Source: an uncultured Pseudomonadota bacterium (GTDB taxonomy: Bacteria > Oederibacteriota > Muellerivitia > Muellerivitales > Muellerivitaceae). From it: a stretch of 64,000 nt of DNA. Below, in pieces: positions 46,795 through 57,728 of the stretch (positions are counted from its first letter, which is position 1; every line of letters begins with the position of its first letter). Where the stretch lies: NCBI GenBank assembly GCA_963770835.1, contig CAVYRH010000008.1, forward strand, positions 96,001-160,000, given 5' to 3'. A program made the position numbers and the translations under genes. The notes under the pieces are model-generated. The model ran no database searches. It was not told where the DNA came from and saw only the letters and a program-made list of their open reading frames with translations.

Positions 46795-48612
46795 CTATCT
46801 CCTTCGAGCCAGTAAAACCCCGGAACCTGATTTGATTTGCAATTCCTGTCCCACCCGGATCGCGGAAACGTCGGAAAAAACCAGCCTCACCTTCACTTTA
46901 TCGTTGGAAAACTCCAAAACCATGTCTTTCGGCAAAACCCGGTTCCTGATCACATCGTTGTAATTATATTTCACCAGCCGGTCGGCTAATGTCCCCACGG
47001 GTATTTTCCCCAGGGTTTGGTTCCCATATTCGACCAGGAGGTATTGGCTTTGGATTGGGAATTCAAGGACATAGCCTGTTGCATTCTGATTTCCCGGACG
47101 CTTGGGGTTGGCGCCTTGGTTAAATTGGTTAAAGCCGAAATTTTGCTGCCAATCATAACCGGCAATGTCTCCGATCAAGCTGGTTTTCCAGGCGTGGTAA
47201 TAAGTTCTCCCGCTATAAGGATTGTTGGGGAAATATTTCACCGGGTCCAGCCCGAACCAATCCATCAGTTGGGGTAAATGGGAGAGACTGTTCTCCTTGT
47301 CCCAGTTCAACCCCCGTAATTCCTCCGGGAGCCAATCTCGGAGAGGTTTCAGGCCGTACTCATAGGCCATTTGGCGGAAATCCCAATAAATCCTGTTTTG
47401 GGTTTTGGCGTCGGGTTGGGGAGAAACTTTGACCAACCGCCCATTTTTTAATAATCCAAATTCGATCAGGTCCTGTTTCAGCGCGTCTTGTCGGTCCTGG
47501 CGGGTAAGCTGTGCCGGGCTCAAAGGGCCCACGGAAGTGACGCCTAACATCACCACGAGGGAGAGAACGGGCCTTTTCCAACCCGGCTTTTTTACCAAAA
47601 GAAAATAAAAGAAAACCGCTCCCAGCCAAACCATCGTGAACAAGGAATCATAATCCCAGACGTTCCAACCTCCCCCGTGATGCATGACGAGCGGGGCAAA
47701 TGCCATGGCTGACAGCAGCAGGATCGAGACGAGGGCAAGGATCTTGGGATAAAGGGCCATCCAAGGACGGTTTTTCCCCAAGCGAAGGATGGCTATTAAG
47801 CCGATGGAATAAAAGGCCAGGGCAAAGAAGAAAATCCTTTCATCAACAAGGTAGTTTTGAAACCACCGGACCGCGAAGTACCCATGGAAGGATTTAATGA
47901 ACTCAAAGAGATAACCCCCGCCAAGGACCAGAAGCGCCCCGGCCAACCACCCAGAGCCCGTTAGGGTGTTTCCGGCTCCCTTTTCTTCCGGGGCATAAAA
48001 GCTTTTTTCCAGGACCCCCAGGAGATACCAGGAAATAACGAGGTAACGGGTTATGGGGAAAATAAGTCCTTGATTGCCCGAGTATTGCAATTGGGGAAAG
48101 AAAGGGAGCAGGGACCGCACCACTCCATCCACCAAAAACAAAAGAAGGTAGGCCGCGGCCAGGCCTTGGATCAAATTCACCACAAAGGCCCAAAGCTTTT
48201 CCGGTGAATATTCCCTCTGGGTCAGGGGGAACAACAGGGCGGTCAAAGAAACAAAATGTAATAACCGTTGGTGGGAAGGGCTCAGGGAATAATCGCTGTT
48301 AAAATAAAAATAAGCGGCTTCCACCACCGCGAAGCCCAAGGCATAAGCGGCCGATCGGTACTTGAAGTTTTTTAACCGCGGGCTCGCGAGCCATTGATGG
48401 AGAAGCGCGAAAAAAGATATTCCGAGGAGAAAGCTGTCCAGCAGGTTATAAAAATCGATAGAAACGGAAAAAGTTGGAAAGTATCGGGAGAAAAACATCT
48501 GGTATCCCGACCCGATGGCGTAGAGAAAACCGAAAAGAAGGACAAAGGGATATTTCTTTACATAACTAAAAAACCCGATTCCGGGGTAAAACCAAGGGCC
48601 TTGGCGGTCCAT
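46795..48612 (-). CDS. Polytopic membrane protein (DUF4153-like)
   Basis: About 11 hydrophobic segments, then GPLS...Q...L..GLLKNG soluble domain. Confidence 0.6.
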   Translation of the reverse strand: MDRQGPWFYPGIGFFSYVKKYPFVLLFGFLYAIGSGYQMFFSRYFPTFSVSIDFYNLLDSFLLGISFFALLHQWLASPRLKNFKYRSAAYALGFAVVEAAYFYFNSDYSLSPSHQRLLHFVSLTALLFPLTQREYSPEKLWAFVVNLIQGLAAAYLLLFLVDGVVRSLLPFFPQLQYSGNQGLIFPITRYLVISWYLLGVLEKSFYAPEEKGAGNTLTGSGWLAGALLVLGGGYLFEFIKSFHGYFAVRWFQNYLVDERIFFFALAFYSIGLIAILRLGKNRPWMALYPKILALVSILLLSAMAFAPLVMHHGGGWNVWDYDSLFTMVWLGAVFFYFLLVKKPGWKRPVLSLVVMLGVTSVGPLSPAQLTRQDRQDALKQDLIEFGLLKNGRLVKVSPQPDAKTQNRIYWDFRQMAYEYGLKPLRDWLPEELRGLNWDKENSLSHLPQLMDWFGLDPVKYFPNNPYSGRTYYHAWKTSLIGDIAGYDWQQNFGFNQFNQGANPKRPGNQNATGYVLEFPIQSQYLLVEYGNQTLGKIPVGTLADRLVKYNYNDVIRNRVLPKDMVLEFSNDKVKVRLVFSDVSAIRVGQELQIKSGSGVLLARRR

Positions 48613-48716
48613 ACAGACTCCTTGAGCGGCAAATATTTAAAAGAAACCATAAACGTGGCGGCGATGTGTTCAGCGGAGAATAGCGCTCCGTTTTTAACTG
48701 ATCAACCCTTAACCCG

Positions 48717-51700
48717 CTACCTCAATACCAGCAACTTACTGATCCGGCGGCCCTGGGTGGTGGTCACCACCACATAGTAAAGGCCGTTGGCCAGGGCGGT
48801 TCCCCCGTTGTCGGTCAAGGGCAGGCTCAACTGCGTTCCCGCCGCCGCCTTGGCAAGGTTGATTTCCCTCACTTTCCGGAAAGCCAGGGTGAACACCTGG
48901 ATCTTTACGCTGGAACCCGTCGTCACGTAGCCCCGCAGGGTGACCGGCCCGGGCCCGGTCGCCGGGTTGGGATAAATCCCGATGACTCCGCCGGGAGTGG
49001 AAGTGATCGTTGGCGTAGAAGTAAAAGCCGGAGTAAGCGTGATCGTCGGGCTGAAGGTCGGTGTGGATGTGGGTGTGACGGTCCAGCTTGATGTTGGGGA
49101 AGCGGTCGGTGTGCTGGAGGCTGTCGCCCTGGGCGTCCCCGTGGGCGTCGGCGAGGCCGTTAAGGTCGGGCTCCGGGTGGGTGTGGGGCTGGGGGTCTGC
49201 GTGGCGCTGGAAGTGGGGGTAAAGCTGGGGGTTGGTGTTCCACTTGGGGTCGGCGTCCCACTCGGCGTCGCCGAAGCCGTCAAGCTGGGGGTGTTCGTCA
49301 CCGTGTAGCTGAACAGGGGGGTGGGGGTGATGGTCCCGGTTGCGGTGGCCGAGGGGGTCAGCGTGGGAGTGCGGGTCACGGTGAGGGTCGGCGTAGACGT
49401 CATTGAACTGCTTGCGGTGAAGGTCGGCGAAGCCGTCATCGAACTGGTGGCCGAGGCCGTCGGCGTGGCCGTGGGGCTTTTCGTGGGGGTGGCCGTGGGG
49501 CTGGCCGTAGCCGTCAACGTATTGCCCGCTGTGGGGCTGGGCGTGGCGGTCGCGCCGGACGCCGCGTTGGCCATTTTCCAAACCCCTCCGCCGAAGGTGC
49601 CCACGTAAGTGGCGTTGTTGCCGAAACCCACGTGCTGGATGGAGCTGAAAGGCAGGGTGGTCACCCGGGCCCAGGTGCCGCCGCCGTCGGTGGTCTCGAA
49701 AAAGCCCTGGTTCTCGGTTCCGTAATAAACGGTGGTGGGGTTGGAGGGGTCGATGCTGGGGGCGTAGCCGTAGGGCGTGTGGCCGGGGGGCATGGCCATG
49801 AGGGTCCAGCTGGTGCCCCCGTTGGTGGTGCGGTAACAGCCCCCGCTTGAGGTCTTGGCGTCCTGGGCCGCCAGGAAGATCGTGGCGGGGTTGGAAGGGT
49901 TCACGTCGAAGTCCGTAGGGTAATAGGGCGCCACCCCGTTCACGTTGGCGGCGATGTTGGTCCAGGTGCCGCCGCCGTTCGTGGAAAGAAAGAGCCCCCC
50001 GGGGTTGGCGTAACCCGACTGCGCCGACAGCAGGCAGTAAAGGTTGCTTCCCACGATCTTCAACGAATAAACGTCCTTGTTGGTTCCGATGGTGGGCTGG
50101 GTGGCGCAGGCGGCCCAGCTGGCGCAATTGTTGGCGGATTTATAGACGCCCTGCCCCCAGAGGGCCGTGTAAAAGACCTGGCTGACCGGGTCGTAAACGA
50201 TGGAAGTGTCGGGCGCGGAAGGCAGGCCCGTGGCCGAATTGGTCCAGGTTCCGCCATAGTTGGTGCTCTTGATCACCCCGCCTGTGCCGGCCTTGCCGAT
50301 AGGGTTGGAATGGTCCAGGTCGTGCAGGCTGGAAACCGCCGCGAAGACCGTACCGGCGGTGGCGTTGAAGGCCAAGTGGTAGAAGGTTTCGGTCCATCCC
50401 GAGGGGAAAGAAGCGTCGTTACGGCGGGCCGTGTTGTGCCAGGTGGCCCCCGAGTCGCCGGACCAGCAAAAGCCGATGTCCGAGGCGCAGATATAGTTGT
50501 AATTGGCGTTGTTGGGGTCGAAGGCGTATTGGAAAACGCTGGTGACCTCCAGCCCCCGCGAGGACCAGGCCTGGCCCTGGGAGGGCGGCGCGGTCCCGGC
50601 GAAGTTGGAATAGGCCTCCGTCCAGCTCACCCCGGCCGTGTCGCTCTTGAAGGTCTCCCCCAGGTCGCTGAACATCACCTGGCTGGAATTCGCAGAATTC
50701 ACCCCCAGCCCGTCCACCGGCGAGCCCCAACCCGAGAAGCTCAGGTCGAAATCGATCCACCCGTCAAAAAGGTTGGCCACGGGGGAAGCGTCCACGAATA
50801 CCTGGGCCCAGGAAGTCCCGCCGTTGGTGGTCTGCCAAACGGTGCGGTTATTGTTGTTGGTGGCGTAGGCGGTGCTGGTGTCGTTGTCCGCGCCCGCCAC
50901 CATGGCGAAGGTGTCGGCGTTGCTGGAAAGGGTCCAGGCGGCGGCGTTGGTGGAGGTATAAAGCTCGTTGGTGTTGGCGTCGATGGCGAAAAGCCGGGTT
51001 CCCCCCGCCGTTCCCGTGCTGGCCCCCGTGAACCCCAGCACGTTGGCCGGGGTGGACAACCCCGTGTTGGCGGCGGCCCAGCTACTTCCCTCGTTGGCCG
51101 ATACGAAAACCCCCGCCGAGGTGCCCACGTAACAGGTGCGGTTCCCCACCGGCGTGGATTGGTCCACCATGAACCCGCTCACATAGCCGGAAGTTCCCGT
51201 TCCCGCGCTAAAACTGGTGCCCCCGTTGGTGCTCACCCAAACGCCGTTATCCGTCCCGATCAAAATGAAATTGGCGTTGCCCCGGTCGATGTAAATGAGG
51301 GTCACCCTTCCCCCCGTGTTCCCCCAGGCGGGCCAGGGGGCCGGGTTTGCGCCGGACACCACCGACCAGGTCAACCCGCCGTCGTTGCTCACCAGCAGGT
51401 TGGGCGGGTTGTTTTGGGTGTCCTGCTGGGCCCCGAAGCCATAGACGATGTTGGCGTTGGTGGGGTGGAATGCCATGGGGCACATCACCCCGTCGTTGTA
51501 GCCGTAATCCACCGCGGTGCTGATCTGGTAGAAATCCAGCATGGCCCAGGTGTTCCCGCCGTCCGCGCTGCGGTACCAGCCCGACATGTCACAGCCCACA
51601 AAGCGCAGGTTGGAATTAAGGGGAGAAATGGAAGGCGCGTATTGGGCCCCGCCGCCGCCCATCCCAACCGTGGTCCAGGTTTGGGCATGCAGGAAGTCCG

Positions 51701-51791
51701 GGCAAAGGGCGAGGAGGCCTGAAAAGGCGAGGGCCCCTATCCAGGCGGGGAAAGAACCCTGTCCCGGGGTATGAAAGGCGCGATAGGGCAT
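48717..51791 (-). CDS. Secreted BNR/Asp-box beta-propeller glycoside hydrolase-like protein (GH74-like) with Thr/Pro linker and CTD
   Basis: GGGG, CDMSGWYRS.DGG..W, many S.(D/N).G.(T/S)W boxes; YPNP...LANGLY tail. Confidence 0.8.
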   Translation of the reverse strand: MPYRAFHTPGQGSFPAWIGALAFSGLLALCPDFLHAQTWTTVGMGGGGAQYAPSISPLNSNLRFVGCDMSGWYRSADGGNTWAMLDFYQISTAVDYGYNDGVMCPMAFHPTNANIVYGFGAQQDTQNNPPNLLVSNDGGLTWSVVSGANPAPWPAWGNTGGRVTLIYIDRGNANFILIGTDNGVWVSTNGGTSFSAGTGTSGYVSGFMVDQSTPVGNRTCYVGTSAGVFVSANEGSSWAAANTGLSTPANVLGFTGASTGTAGGTRLFAIDANTNELYTSTNAAAWTLSSNADTFAMVAGADNDTSTAYATNNNNRTVWQTTNGGTSWAQVFVDASPVANLFDGWIDFDLSFSGWGSPVDGLGVNSANSSQVMFSDLGETFKSDTAGVSWTEAYSNFAGTAPPSQGQAWSSRGLEVTSVFQYAFDPNNANYNYICASDIGFCWSGDSGATWHNTARRNDASFPSGWTETFYHLAFNATAGTVFAAVSSLHDLDHSNPIGKAGTGGVIKSTNYGGTWTNSATGLPSAPDTSIVYDPVSQVFYTALWGQGVYKSANNCASWAACATQPTIGTNKDVYSLKIVGSNLYCLLSAQSGYANPGGLFLSTNGGGTWTNIAANVNGVAPYYPTDFDVNPSNPATIFLAAQDAKTSSGGCYRTTNGGTSWTLMAMPPGHTPYGYAPSIDPSNPTTVYYGTENQGFFETTDGGGTWARVTTLPFSSIQHVGFGNNATYVGTFGGGVWKMANAASGATATPSPTAGNTLTATASPTATPTKSPTATPTASATSSMTASPTFTASSSMTSTPTLTVTRTPTLTPSATATGTITPTPLFSYTVTNTPSLTASATPSGTPTPSGTPTPSFTPTSSATQTPSPTPTRSPTLTASPTPTGTPRATASSTPTASPTSSWTVTPTSTPTFSPTITLTPAFTSTPTITSTPGGVIGIYPNPATGPGPVTLRGYVTTGSSVKIQVFTLAFRKVREINLAKAAAGTQLSLPLTDNGGTALANGLYYVVVTTTQGRRISKLLVLR

Positions 51792-52003
51792 GTCTGTCCC
51801 TTAGGTTGGAAAAGTTCTCGGTTCTTGCCTTCAAATTTTAACACCGATTTCCAAACCGGCAGGACAAAGGACAAAGGAATAAGGGACAGGCGTTATACCC
51901 TGGCTAAAAATGAGGCATCGGGGGCGGTTCGGGGGGAAAGGGCCTGCCCTGCGGAACTTCAGGTTAGCAGGGCTGCACATGACTGGGACCTTTGTTTAGA
52001 TCC

Positions 52004-52342
52004 TCAATCGCCGATGATCTCGCTGAGACCCTCAACGATTTGGGAAAGTTCCTCAGGGGTGGCATGACCTAATTTACCCCCAAGCCGTTCGACGGAGAGG
52101 GTCCTGATTTGGCTGATTTTAACCCAGGATTTCTTGGGAAGCCTTTTTCCACTGAGCTCAAAAGTAAGCGGGAAGCCGGCCTTGGGTTCCTGGCTGGTGA
52201 GGGCCAAGGCGATAACCGTGCCCGATCTTTCGTTGAAAATATCATGGCTCAAAACCAGGACCGGCCTTTGGCCGGATTGCTCATGGCCCTTGGCCGGGTT
52301 TAAATCGGCCCAGAGAATGTCTCCCCTTAATATTTTGGCCAA
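52004..52342 (-). CDS. mazF: MazF/PemK endoribonuclease toxin
   Basis: RGDILWADLNP..GHEQSG.RPVLVLS...N; SQIRTLS.ERL. Confidence 0.9.
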   Translation of the reverse strand: MAKILRGDILWADLNPAKGHEQSGQRPVLVLSHDIFNERSGTVIALALTSQEPKAGFPLTFELSGKRLPKKSWVKISQIRTLSVERLGGKLGHATPEELSQIVEGLSEIIGD

Positions 52343-52569
52343 TTTTTTAACTCGCCCGCTAACCCCTCATCGGCCAGGGCCTGTTCGGCTTTCGGGTTCA
52401 ATTTCGCGCATTCCTTGGCGAGGCGGCCGCGGCCCAGGTGGGCGATTTTTTCCACAAGGGCCTCGTTGATGGCCCGGCTTCGATTGGAAAAAACTTTCTT
52501 TTCCACCAGTTGGTCGACGGTTTTAAGGATTTTTTTGTCGAGCGAGATGGCGATTTTAGCGGTGGACAT
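52327..52569 (-). CDS. Ribbon-helix-helix antitoxin
   Basis: KIAISLD...NRSRAI..A; overlaps mazF. Confidence 0.85.
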   Translation of the reverse strand: MSTAKIAISLDKKILKTVDQLVEKKVFSNRSRAINEALVEKIAHLGRGRLAKECAKLNPKAEQALADEGLAGELKNWPKY

Positions 52570-52671
52570 CCCTACCTCCGGTATGACTTTTTATCATACC
52601 TTCAATTTATCCAAGGGGGTGCCGGTTGTCAAGGATTGGCCGGGAGTCAGGCCCCTTTTCGACTGCTTTTT

Positions 52672-53322
52672 TTATTGGATCTGGTAACCCGCCTGGAGCG
52701 AAAGCGTGCTGTTTTGGGGGCCGTTGGGATAGTTGGGATAAACCGAGGTCAGGCCCAGGTCGTAACGAAGGTCGATCAAAAACCCGTCGATGTCCAACCC
52801 CGCCCCGAACAGGACGCCCCCCTCCAGCGTGTTGGCGTTGAGCGAAGCGTTGCCCGTGGCCAGGTTTTGGACCGAATAATGCTCAAAGGCCGTCAAAAGA
52901 ACGTCCACGGCGGGGCCGGCTGACAGGCTGCCGGTGAGGTGAGGCGAAAGCGGGGTGTGCGCCTTGAGAAGCAGGGGGAATTCCAGATAATTAAAGTTAA
53001 AAGTGTAGTTTGCATTGGTGGTGCCCATTTGCAGGCCCGGGCCGGTCACCGGAATATTTTTAAAGTTGATGGTCCTCCCCTTCATGGTGAAGTCCGCCTC
53101 GGGCTGGAAGGATAAAAAATCGGAAAGCCCGAACTCGGCGAAGACCCCGCCGGTCAGGCCGAAGAGGACATCGGGTTGAACTTGGGAGGACGGTCCGGAG
53201 TTAGCGACGACCTGGTTGGCCATGTTGGCCCCGGCGTGGAAGCCCAAACCCACAGGGTCGCCCCAGGCGGAGTGCCCAAACCCGAAAACCAGCAATATCA
53301 GCGCCGGCAATAATTTTTTCAT
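52672..53322 (-). CDS. Outer membrane beta-barrel (PorT-like porin family)
   Basis: G..AGAN, FQPE, NYLEFPLL, DLRYDLGL, SLQAGY. Confidence 0.75.
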   Translation of the reverse strand: MKKLLPALILLVFGFGHSAWGDPVGLGFHAGANMANQVVANSGPSSQVQPDVLFGLTGGVFAEFGLSDFLSFQPEADFTMKGRTINFKNIPVTGPGLQMGTTNANYTFNFNYLEFPLLLKAHTPLSPHLTGSLSAGPAVDVLLTAFEHYSVQNLATGNASLNANTLEGGVLFGAGLDIDGFLIDLRYDLGLTSVYPNYPNGPQNSTLSLQAGYQIQ

Positions 53323-53720
53323 TTCGTCATTCCTTTTCTATTATATAGAAATACACCGCCAGGGAGTTCAGGTTCAGGCCGCTTTCCAGGAAAGTTGTCC
53401 TCAAACCTTTCCCTATTCCCATCAAGCTTGATCCCGATTCCCTTGTCCGAAATCAGTATAAGGGGGGGAATCCGGCTAAACACTTTTTAAAGCAGATCTT
53501 ATTTTGGCGCACCAACGTTCCCAAGCAGAAGCCGTGATGGCGGCCGTGGACCGGCTCAACGATAACCACGGGACGGTTGAAAAAGTCCTATCGCGATTTG
53601 TTTCATCTGAGTTTTCAACCATAAATAACGGTTTTTCGCGGATGCCGGCTCCATTGTGAGGGGTCCCGGATTGCGGTAAAATAATTTGTCCCGCAAGCCT
53701 CTTTCCGTGAATATGAAAAG

Positions 53721-55796
53721 GTGCCTTCTTTGAAACGAACTTTATTATTCTTATTCATGGCTGCTTCGTTTTTGATAACCCTGTCCCTTGCCTGCAGTAA
53801 AAGCTATTCGGTTTTGCCCGTCTCCGCCCCCGCCCCTCCGGCCTCCACGGCCTCTTTCACGCCGACCTCCTCGCCCTTTTTCACGCCGAGCCCCACGTCC
53901 ACCTCCACCAAGACGCCCACATCCACGGTCTCAGCCACCGGTACTTTCACCAGCACCGTTACGAACGCCGGCACCCCCACCAACACGGCCACCAACACAA
54001 CCACTTCCCTGCCCACCAACACGGGTACGTCCACCACCTCCAGTACCCCTACCCCCACGCCCACGATCAGCCCCACCCCCTCCAACACCAAGACTCCAAC
54101 CTTGATCCCCACGTTTACCTGTACCGGTACTCCGACGAACACCCCCACCATTACGGATACTCCCACCATCACCTACACGCCCACCATCACGGACACTTTT
54201 TTCCCCACCTACACCTACACCTTCACCCCCACTTCCACGGTCACCAACACCATAACACTCACTTTCACCTTCACCCCGACGGGCACCATCCCCACCTTTA
54301 CGCCCACCAGCACCTACTCGCCCGCGCCCACTCCCCTTTGCGGGAGCGGCGCCACCACCTTCGGGGTAACCCTGGCCGGGGAGTACGCGGCCGGGCCTTT
54401 CGCGGGCCAGGGTATTTTCTGGCAGACCGCGAGCCTGTCGCAGCCCGCGACCCTGACGGGACTGGTTTTCCAGTCCAGCGGCGGTGGCGGTAACGTCCGC
54501 GTGGCCATCTACGGGGGATCGGGTCTGGTCGCCCAATCCTCCCCCATGGAGACGGTGGCCGGGTGGAATATCTTCCCCATGCCGAATACCTACCTGGCCC
54601 CGGGCGGGTACACCCTGGCCTTTCAAGTGGAAGGCGTGGCCAACGCGCCATCGGGGGAGGCCGGCCTTGTCGCCACAGGCACCACCCTGGGGTACACCGG
54701 TTATTACGCTTACGCGCCTTTCCCGGCCGCCTTGCCGGCCGCGGCTTACACCAACAGCACCGAGTACATCGGCTTTTACGCCCTCGGTTGCCCCGCCCCC
54801 GTTTGGACCAATACACCGACGCCCAATGCCACCCTCTTCACCTCGACGCCCACGGTCACCATAACCCCCACGGCGGTCATCCATTGGAGCCAGGCGGCCA
54901 CCTCGGTGAGTGCCGCCGGGGGCCGTTACGGGCAGTCGAGCGCGGCTTTCAACGGCGACATGTGGGTCATCGCGGGGGATAAATCAACCGGGGCCGCCAA
55001 AGATGTGCTTTATTCCAGTGACGGCGCCAATTGGAACATCGCCACCTCCAGCGCGGCCTTTCCCGCCCGCCTGAACCACCAAACCGTGGTCTTTAACAGC
55101 CTCCTGTGGGTCCTCGGCGGAATCAGCAGCGCGGTGCAGTCGGTGGCCACCACGTACAACGACGTGTGGTCCTCGCCCGACGGCGTGAATTGGACCTCCG
55201 TGAACGCCAACGCACCCTTCGCCACCCGCGAATTGTTTTCCTCCGTGGCCTTCAATCCCTACACCGGCGGCAACGATGGGGCCCTCTGGGTCATCGGCGG
55301 GGTGGGCGATAGCTCCGGAAATTCCACTTATTTGGGGGATGTTTGGTATTCCCAGGATGGGGCCAATTGGACCGAAGCCACGGCCAACCCCGCTTTCGGC
55401 GCCCGGTACGCGCATTCCAGCGTTGTTTTCAACAACAAGATCTGGGTCATCGGCGGGGTAAGGCCCGGGTCGGGCGCGTTCAGCGACGTTTGGTCCTCGT
55501 CCGACGGCGTCAATTGGACCGAGGCCACGGCCAACGCCCCCTTCACGCCCCGGTGGGAATTCACGGCCTTGGCCTACAACAACCTTATGTGGGTTATCGG
55601 CGGGTTCACTAATTCCGGGGCGCCTTTAAATGACGTCTGGTCCTCACCCGACGGGGTGAATTGGACCGAGGAAACCCCTTCGGCGGAGTTCAGCGCCAGG
55701 GGGCTTCATTCCAGCGTGGTGTTCAACAATGAAATGTGGGCCATATGCGGTTCCACAGGTTCCACTTCCCTCAACGACACCTGGCATTCGCCTTAA
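53721..55796 (+). CDS. Lipoprotein with a Thr/Pro linker and C-terminal kelch-like repeats
   Basis: SLAC lipobox-like; repeats R..H..VVFNN..WVIGG...DVWSS.DG.NW. Confidence 0.8.
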   Translation: MPSLKRTLLFLFMAASFLITLSLACSKSYSVLPVSAPAPPASTASFTPTSSPFFTPSPTSTSTKTPTSTVSATGTFTSTVTNAGTPTNTATNTTTSLPTNTGTSTTSSTPTPTPTISPTPSNTKTPTLIPTFTCTGTPTNTPTITDTPTITYTPTITDTFFPTYTYTFTPTSTVTNTITLTFTFTPTGTIPTFTPTSTYSPAPTPLCGSGATTFGVTLAGEYAAGPFAGQGIFWQTASLSQPATLTGLVFQSSGGGGNVRVAIYGGSGLVAQSSPMETVAGWNIFPMPNTYLAPGGYTLAFQVEGVANAPSGEAGLVATGTTLGYTGYYAYAPFPAALPAAAYTNSTEYIGFYALGCPAPVWTNTPTPNATLFTSTPTVTITPTAVIHWSQAATSVSAAGGRYGQSSAAFNGDMWVIAGDKSTGAAKDVLYSSDGANWNIATSSAAFPARLNHQTVVFNSLLWVLGGISSAVQSVATTYNDVWSSPDGVNWTSVNANAPFATRELFSSVAFNPYTGGNDGALWVIGGVGDSSGNSTYLGDVWYSQDGANWTEATANPAFGARYAHSSVVFNNKIWVIGGVRPGSGAFSDVWSSSDGVNWTEATANAPFTPRWEFTALAYNNLMWVIGGFTNSGAPLNDVWSSPDGVNWTEETPSAEFSARGLHSSVVFNNEMWAICGSTGSTSLNDTWHSP

Positions 55797-55911
55797 GGCA
55801 AACCCCTCCTATTCTTTTCCCGGGATGCCCCCTTTTCCCCCCGTGGTAAAATCGCTGGGCTCTGCGGATACCAAAATAAGCGGTAGTGGTCAGTTTTAAA
55901 ATACCACTTCA

Positions 55912-56041
55912 CCCTCACCCCGCCCTCTCCCCTCGAGGGAGAGGGAAATTTAATAAAACCATCGCCCTTTGGCTTTGGTTTTGTGGGTACATAAGGGATT
56001 TCCCCTATGAGAGCCGTTTGGGAGATGGGTAGGGTGAGGGG
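55912..56041. repeat. REP-like palindromic element (CCCTCACCC..CCCTCTCCC..GGGAGAGGG family)
   Basis: Hairpin 55912-55945 and an inverted partial copy at 56020-56040; related to 58029-58120. Confidence 0.7.
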
Positions 56042-56098
56042 TACTTTTGGTTTCTTCGTAAATCAAATTGACCCACTACAAAATAAGCGGGGGAAAAT

Positions 56099-57703
56099 AT
56101 GAAAATCGAATCGTTCACGCCTTATCTCATCAAACGGCTGATGGCGGAAGGTTACGGGGAAAAAACCGTCCCTGAGGCCAAAAAGCTCGAAGCCGAATGC
56201 GATACCCTCCTGACTTACTCCGACGGGTTCACCTTCAAAATGGCCTGCGTCATCGACCGCGAAAAGGCGAAAGCCCGGGGCTTCCAAATGCCCTTCGAGG
56301 AACTGCTGGCGATCGGGAAAGCCTGCCTGAAATACGCGGGGAAAGTCAATTCCGCCCAAATGCCCATCTATCTCCAGGTGATCGAGGTGGGCCCGGCTTC
56401 GGGGGAGGACCAGCAAAGGCTCCAGCCCTTGAGGACGGGTGTTTTCTCCAAGGCCCATATTTCATCGTGGATCCTTGACCCTTCCACCTCTTCGGTTTGG
56501 ACCAACGCCCCCGCGAACCTCCGCTGGTGGATGCGCCGTAAGTTCCAGAAAATGATGGCCGAGCCGCGCTTGAGCGACGAGGAAATGTTCAAGCCCCCCG
56601 TCCTCGTGCGCGAAAACCCCGGCCCGCCCCTTTTGACCTACGGCATGCTGGCCCTTTTGGCCGCCGTTTTCATCGCCGAGCAGGTTTTCCACGTTGGCCC
56701 GCCCTCCACGGGCCTGCTGTCCCCCAGCCTCCAGACGCTCATCGCCATGGGGGCCTCGGGGCGAGACCTGGTGGCCGTCCATGGGCAATGGTTCCGGCTT
56801 TTCACGTCCATCTTCCTGCACTCCGGCCTCATTCACCTGGCCTTGAACGGCATCGCCTTTTATTTCGGGGGCATCGTGCTGGAAGCCCTTGTGGGGCGCG
56901 CCTGGATGTTTGCCATCTTCATCCTCAGCGGCCTGGCGGGTTCCGTTCTCTCGATAGCCGCCAACCCGCCCGAGCTGGTTTCCGTGGGGGCCTCCGGGGC
57001 CATCATGGGCATGATGGCCGCGGCCTATGTTTTCGCTTCCCGCCTCCCGCGCGGCGCCGCACGCACGCAAATCCAAATGCGGCTCATGGGCGTCCTCATC
57101 CCCTCGCTGCTGCCTTTCCTCAACCACGTTCCTGGGGAACACGTGGATTTCAGCGCCCACCTGGGCGGGGCCGTCATCGGCCTGTTCCTGGGCCTCGCCG
57201 TTTACAGGGCCTGGCCCAAGGAAAACCCCCTGCCCGGCCTGATGGGCCTGGCCCGGGCCGCCGCCTTCGCGGGGCTCGCCCTTTGCCTGGTCGCGGGGTT
57301 CCTGCAGGCCAGGGTTTATGACCAGATGAGCCAGGTTTCGGCCCTGGTGATCCCCGACGACCAGATGCCCAACTCGGATAAGGAAGGCGCCGCCCGTTCC
57401 GCCGACCTGGTGGCCCGCTACCCGCACGACCCCCGGGCCCTTTACTTCCGCGCGGAAGCCTTCATGGACGCCCGCCAGTACCCGGACGCCGAGAAGGAAT
57501 TGCGGCTGGCCCTGGATGAAAAGGTAATCCTCAGCACTTATTTGGATAAAAGGATGGAATTCAGCATCCGGGGGGTCCTGGCCGGGCTGCTGGCGGACCA
57601 GAAGCGCTGGCCGGAGGCCAAGGAAGTGGCCAAGCCGGTTTGCGAGGGTGACCCGGACGGGAAGATGGGCAAGTACCTAAAGGAACATGGATTTTGCGAC
57701 TAG
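56099..57703 (+). CDS. Rhomboid intramembrane serine protease with an N-terminal domain and a C-terminal TPR-like region
   Basis: WFRLFTSIFLH...HL..N, GASGA, AHLGG. Confidence 0.9.
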   Translation: MKIESFTPYLIKRLMAEGYGEKTVPEAKKLEAECDTLLTYSDGFTFKMACVIDREKAKARGFQMPFEELLAIGKACLKYAGKVNSAQMPIYLQVIEVGPASGEDQQRLQPLRTGVFSKAHISSWILDPSTSSVWTNAPANLRWWMRRKFQKMMAEPRLSDEEMFKPPVLVRENPGPPLLTYGMLALLAAVFIAEQVFHVGPPSTGLLSPSLQTLIAMGASGRDLVAVHGQWFRLFTSIFLHSGLIHLALNGIAFYFGGIVLEALVGRAWMFAIFILSGLAGSVLSIAANPPELVSVGASGAIMGMMAAAYVFASRLPRGAARTQIQMRLMGVLIPSLLPFLNHVPGEHVDFSAHLGGAVIGLFLGLAVYRAWPKENPLPGLMGLARAAAFAGLALCLVAGFLQARVYDQMSQVSALVIPDDQMPNSDKEGAARSADLVARYPHDPRALYFRAEAFMDARQYPDAEKELRLALDEKVILSTYLDKRMEFSIRGVLAGLLADQKRWPEAKEVAKPVCEGDPDGKMGKYLKEHGFCD

Positions 57704-57728
57704 AGGACTGGATTCGATTCGGGGCGGG

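Noticed and set aside
49000..49560. Thr/Pro tracts as DNA tandem repeats or arrays
   Set aside because: Codons are degenerate; these are protein-level linkers.
57708..57724. ctggattcga resembling the tmRNA 5' end
   Set aside because: No GGGG acceptor stem start, no T-arm/CCA end and no tag ORF.
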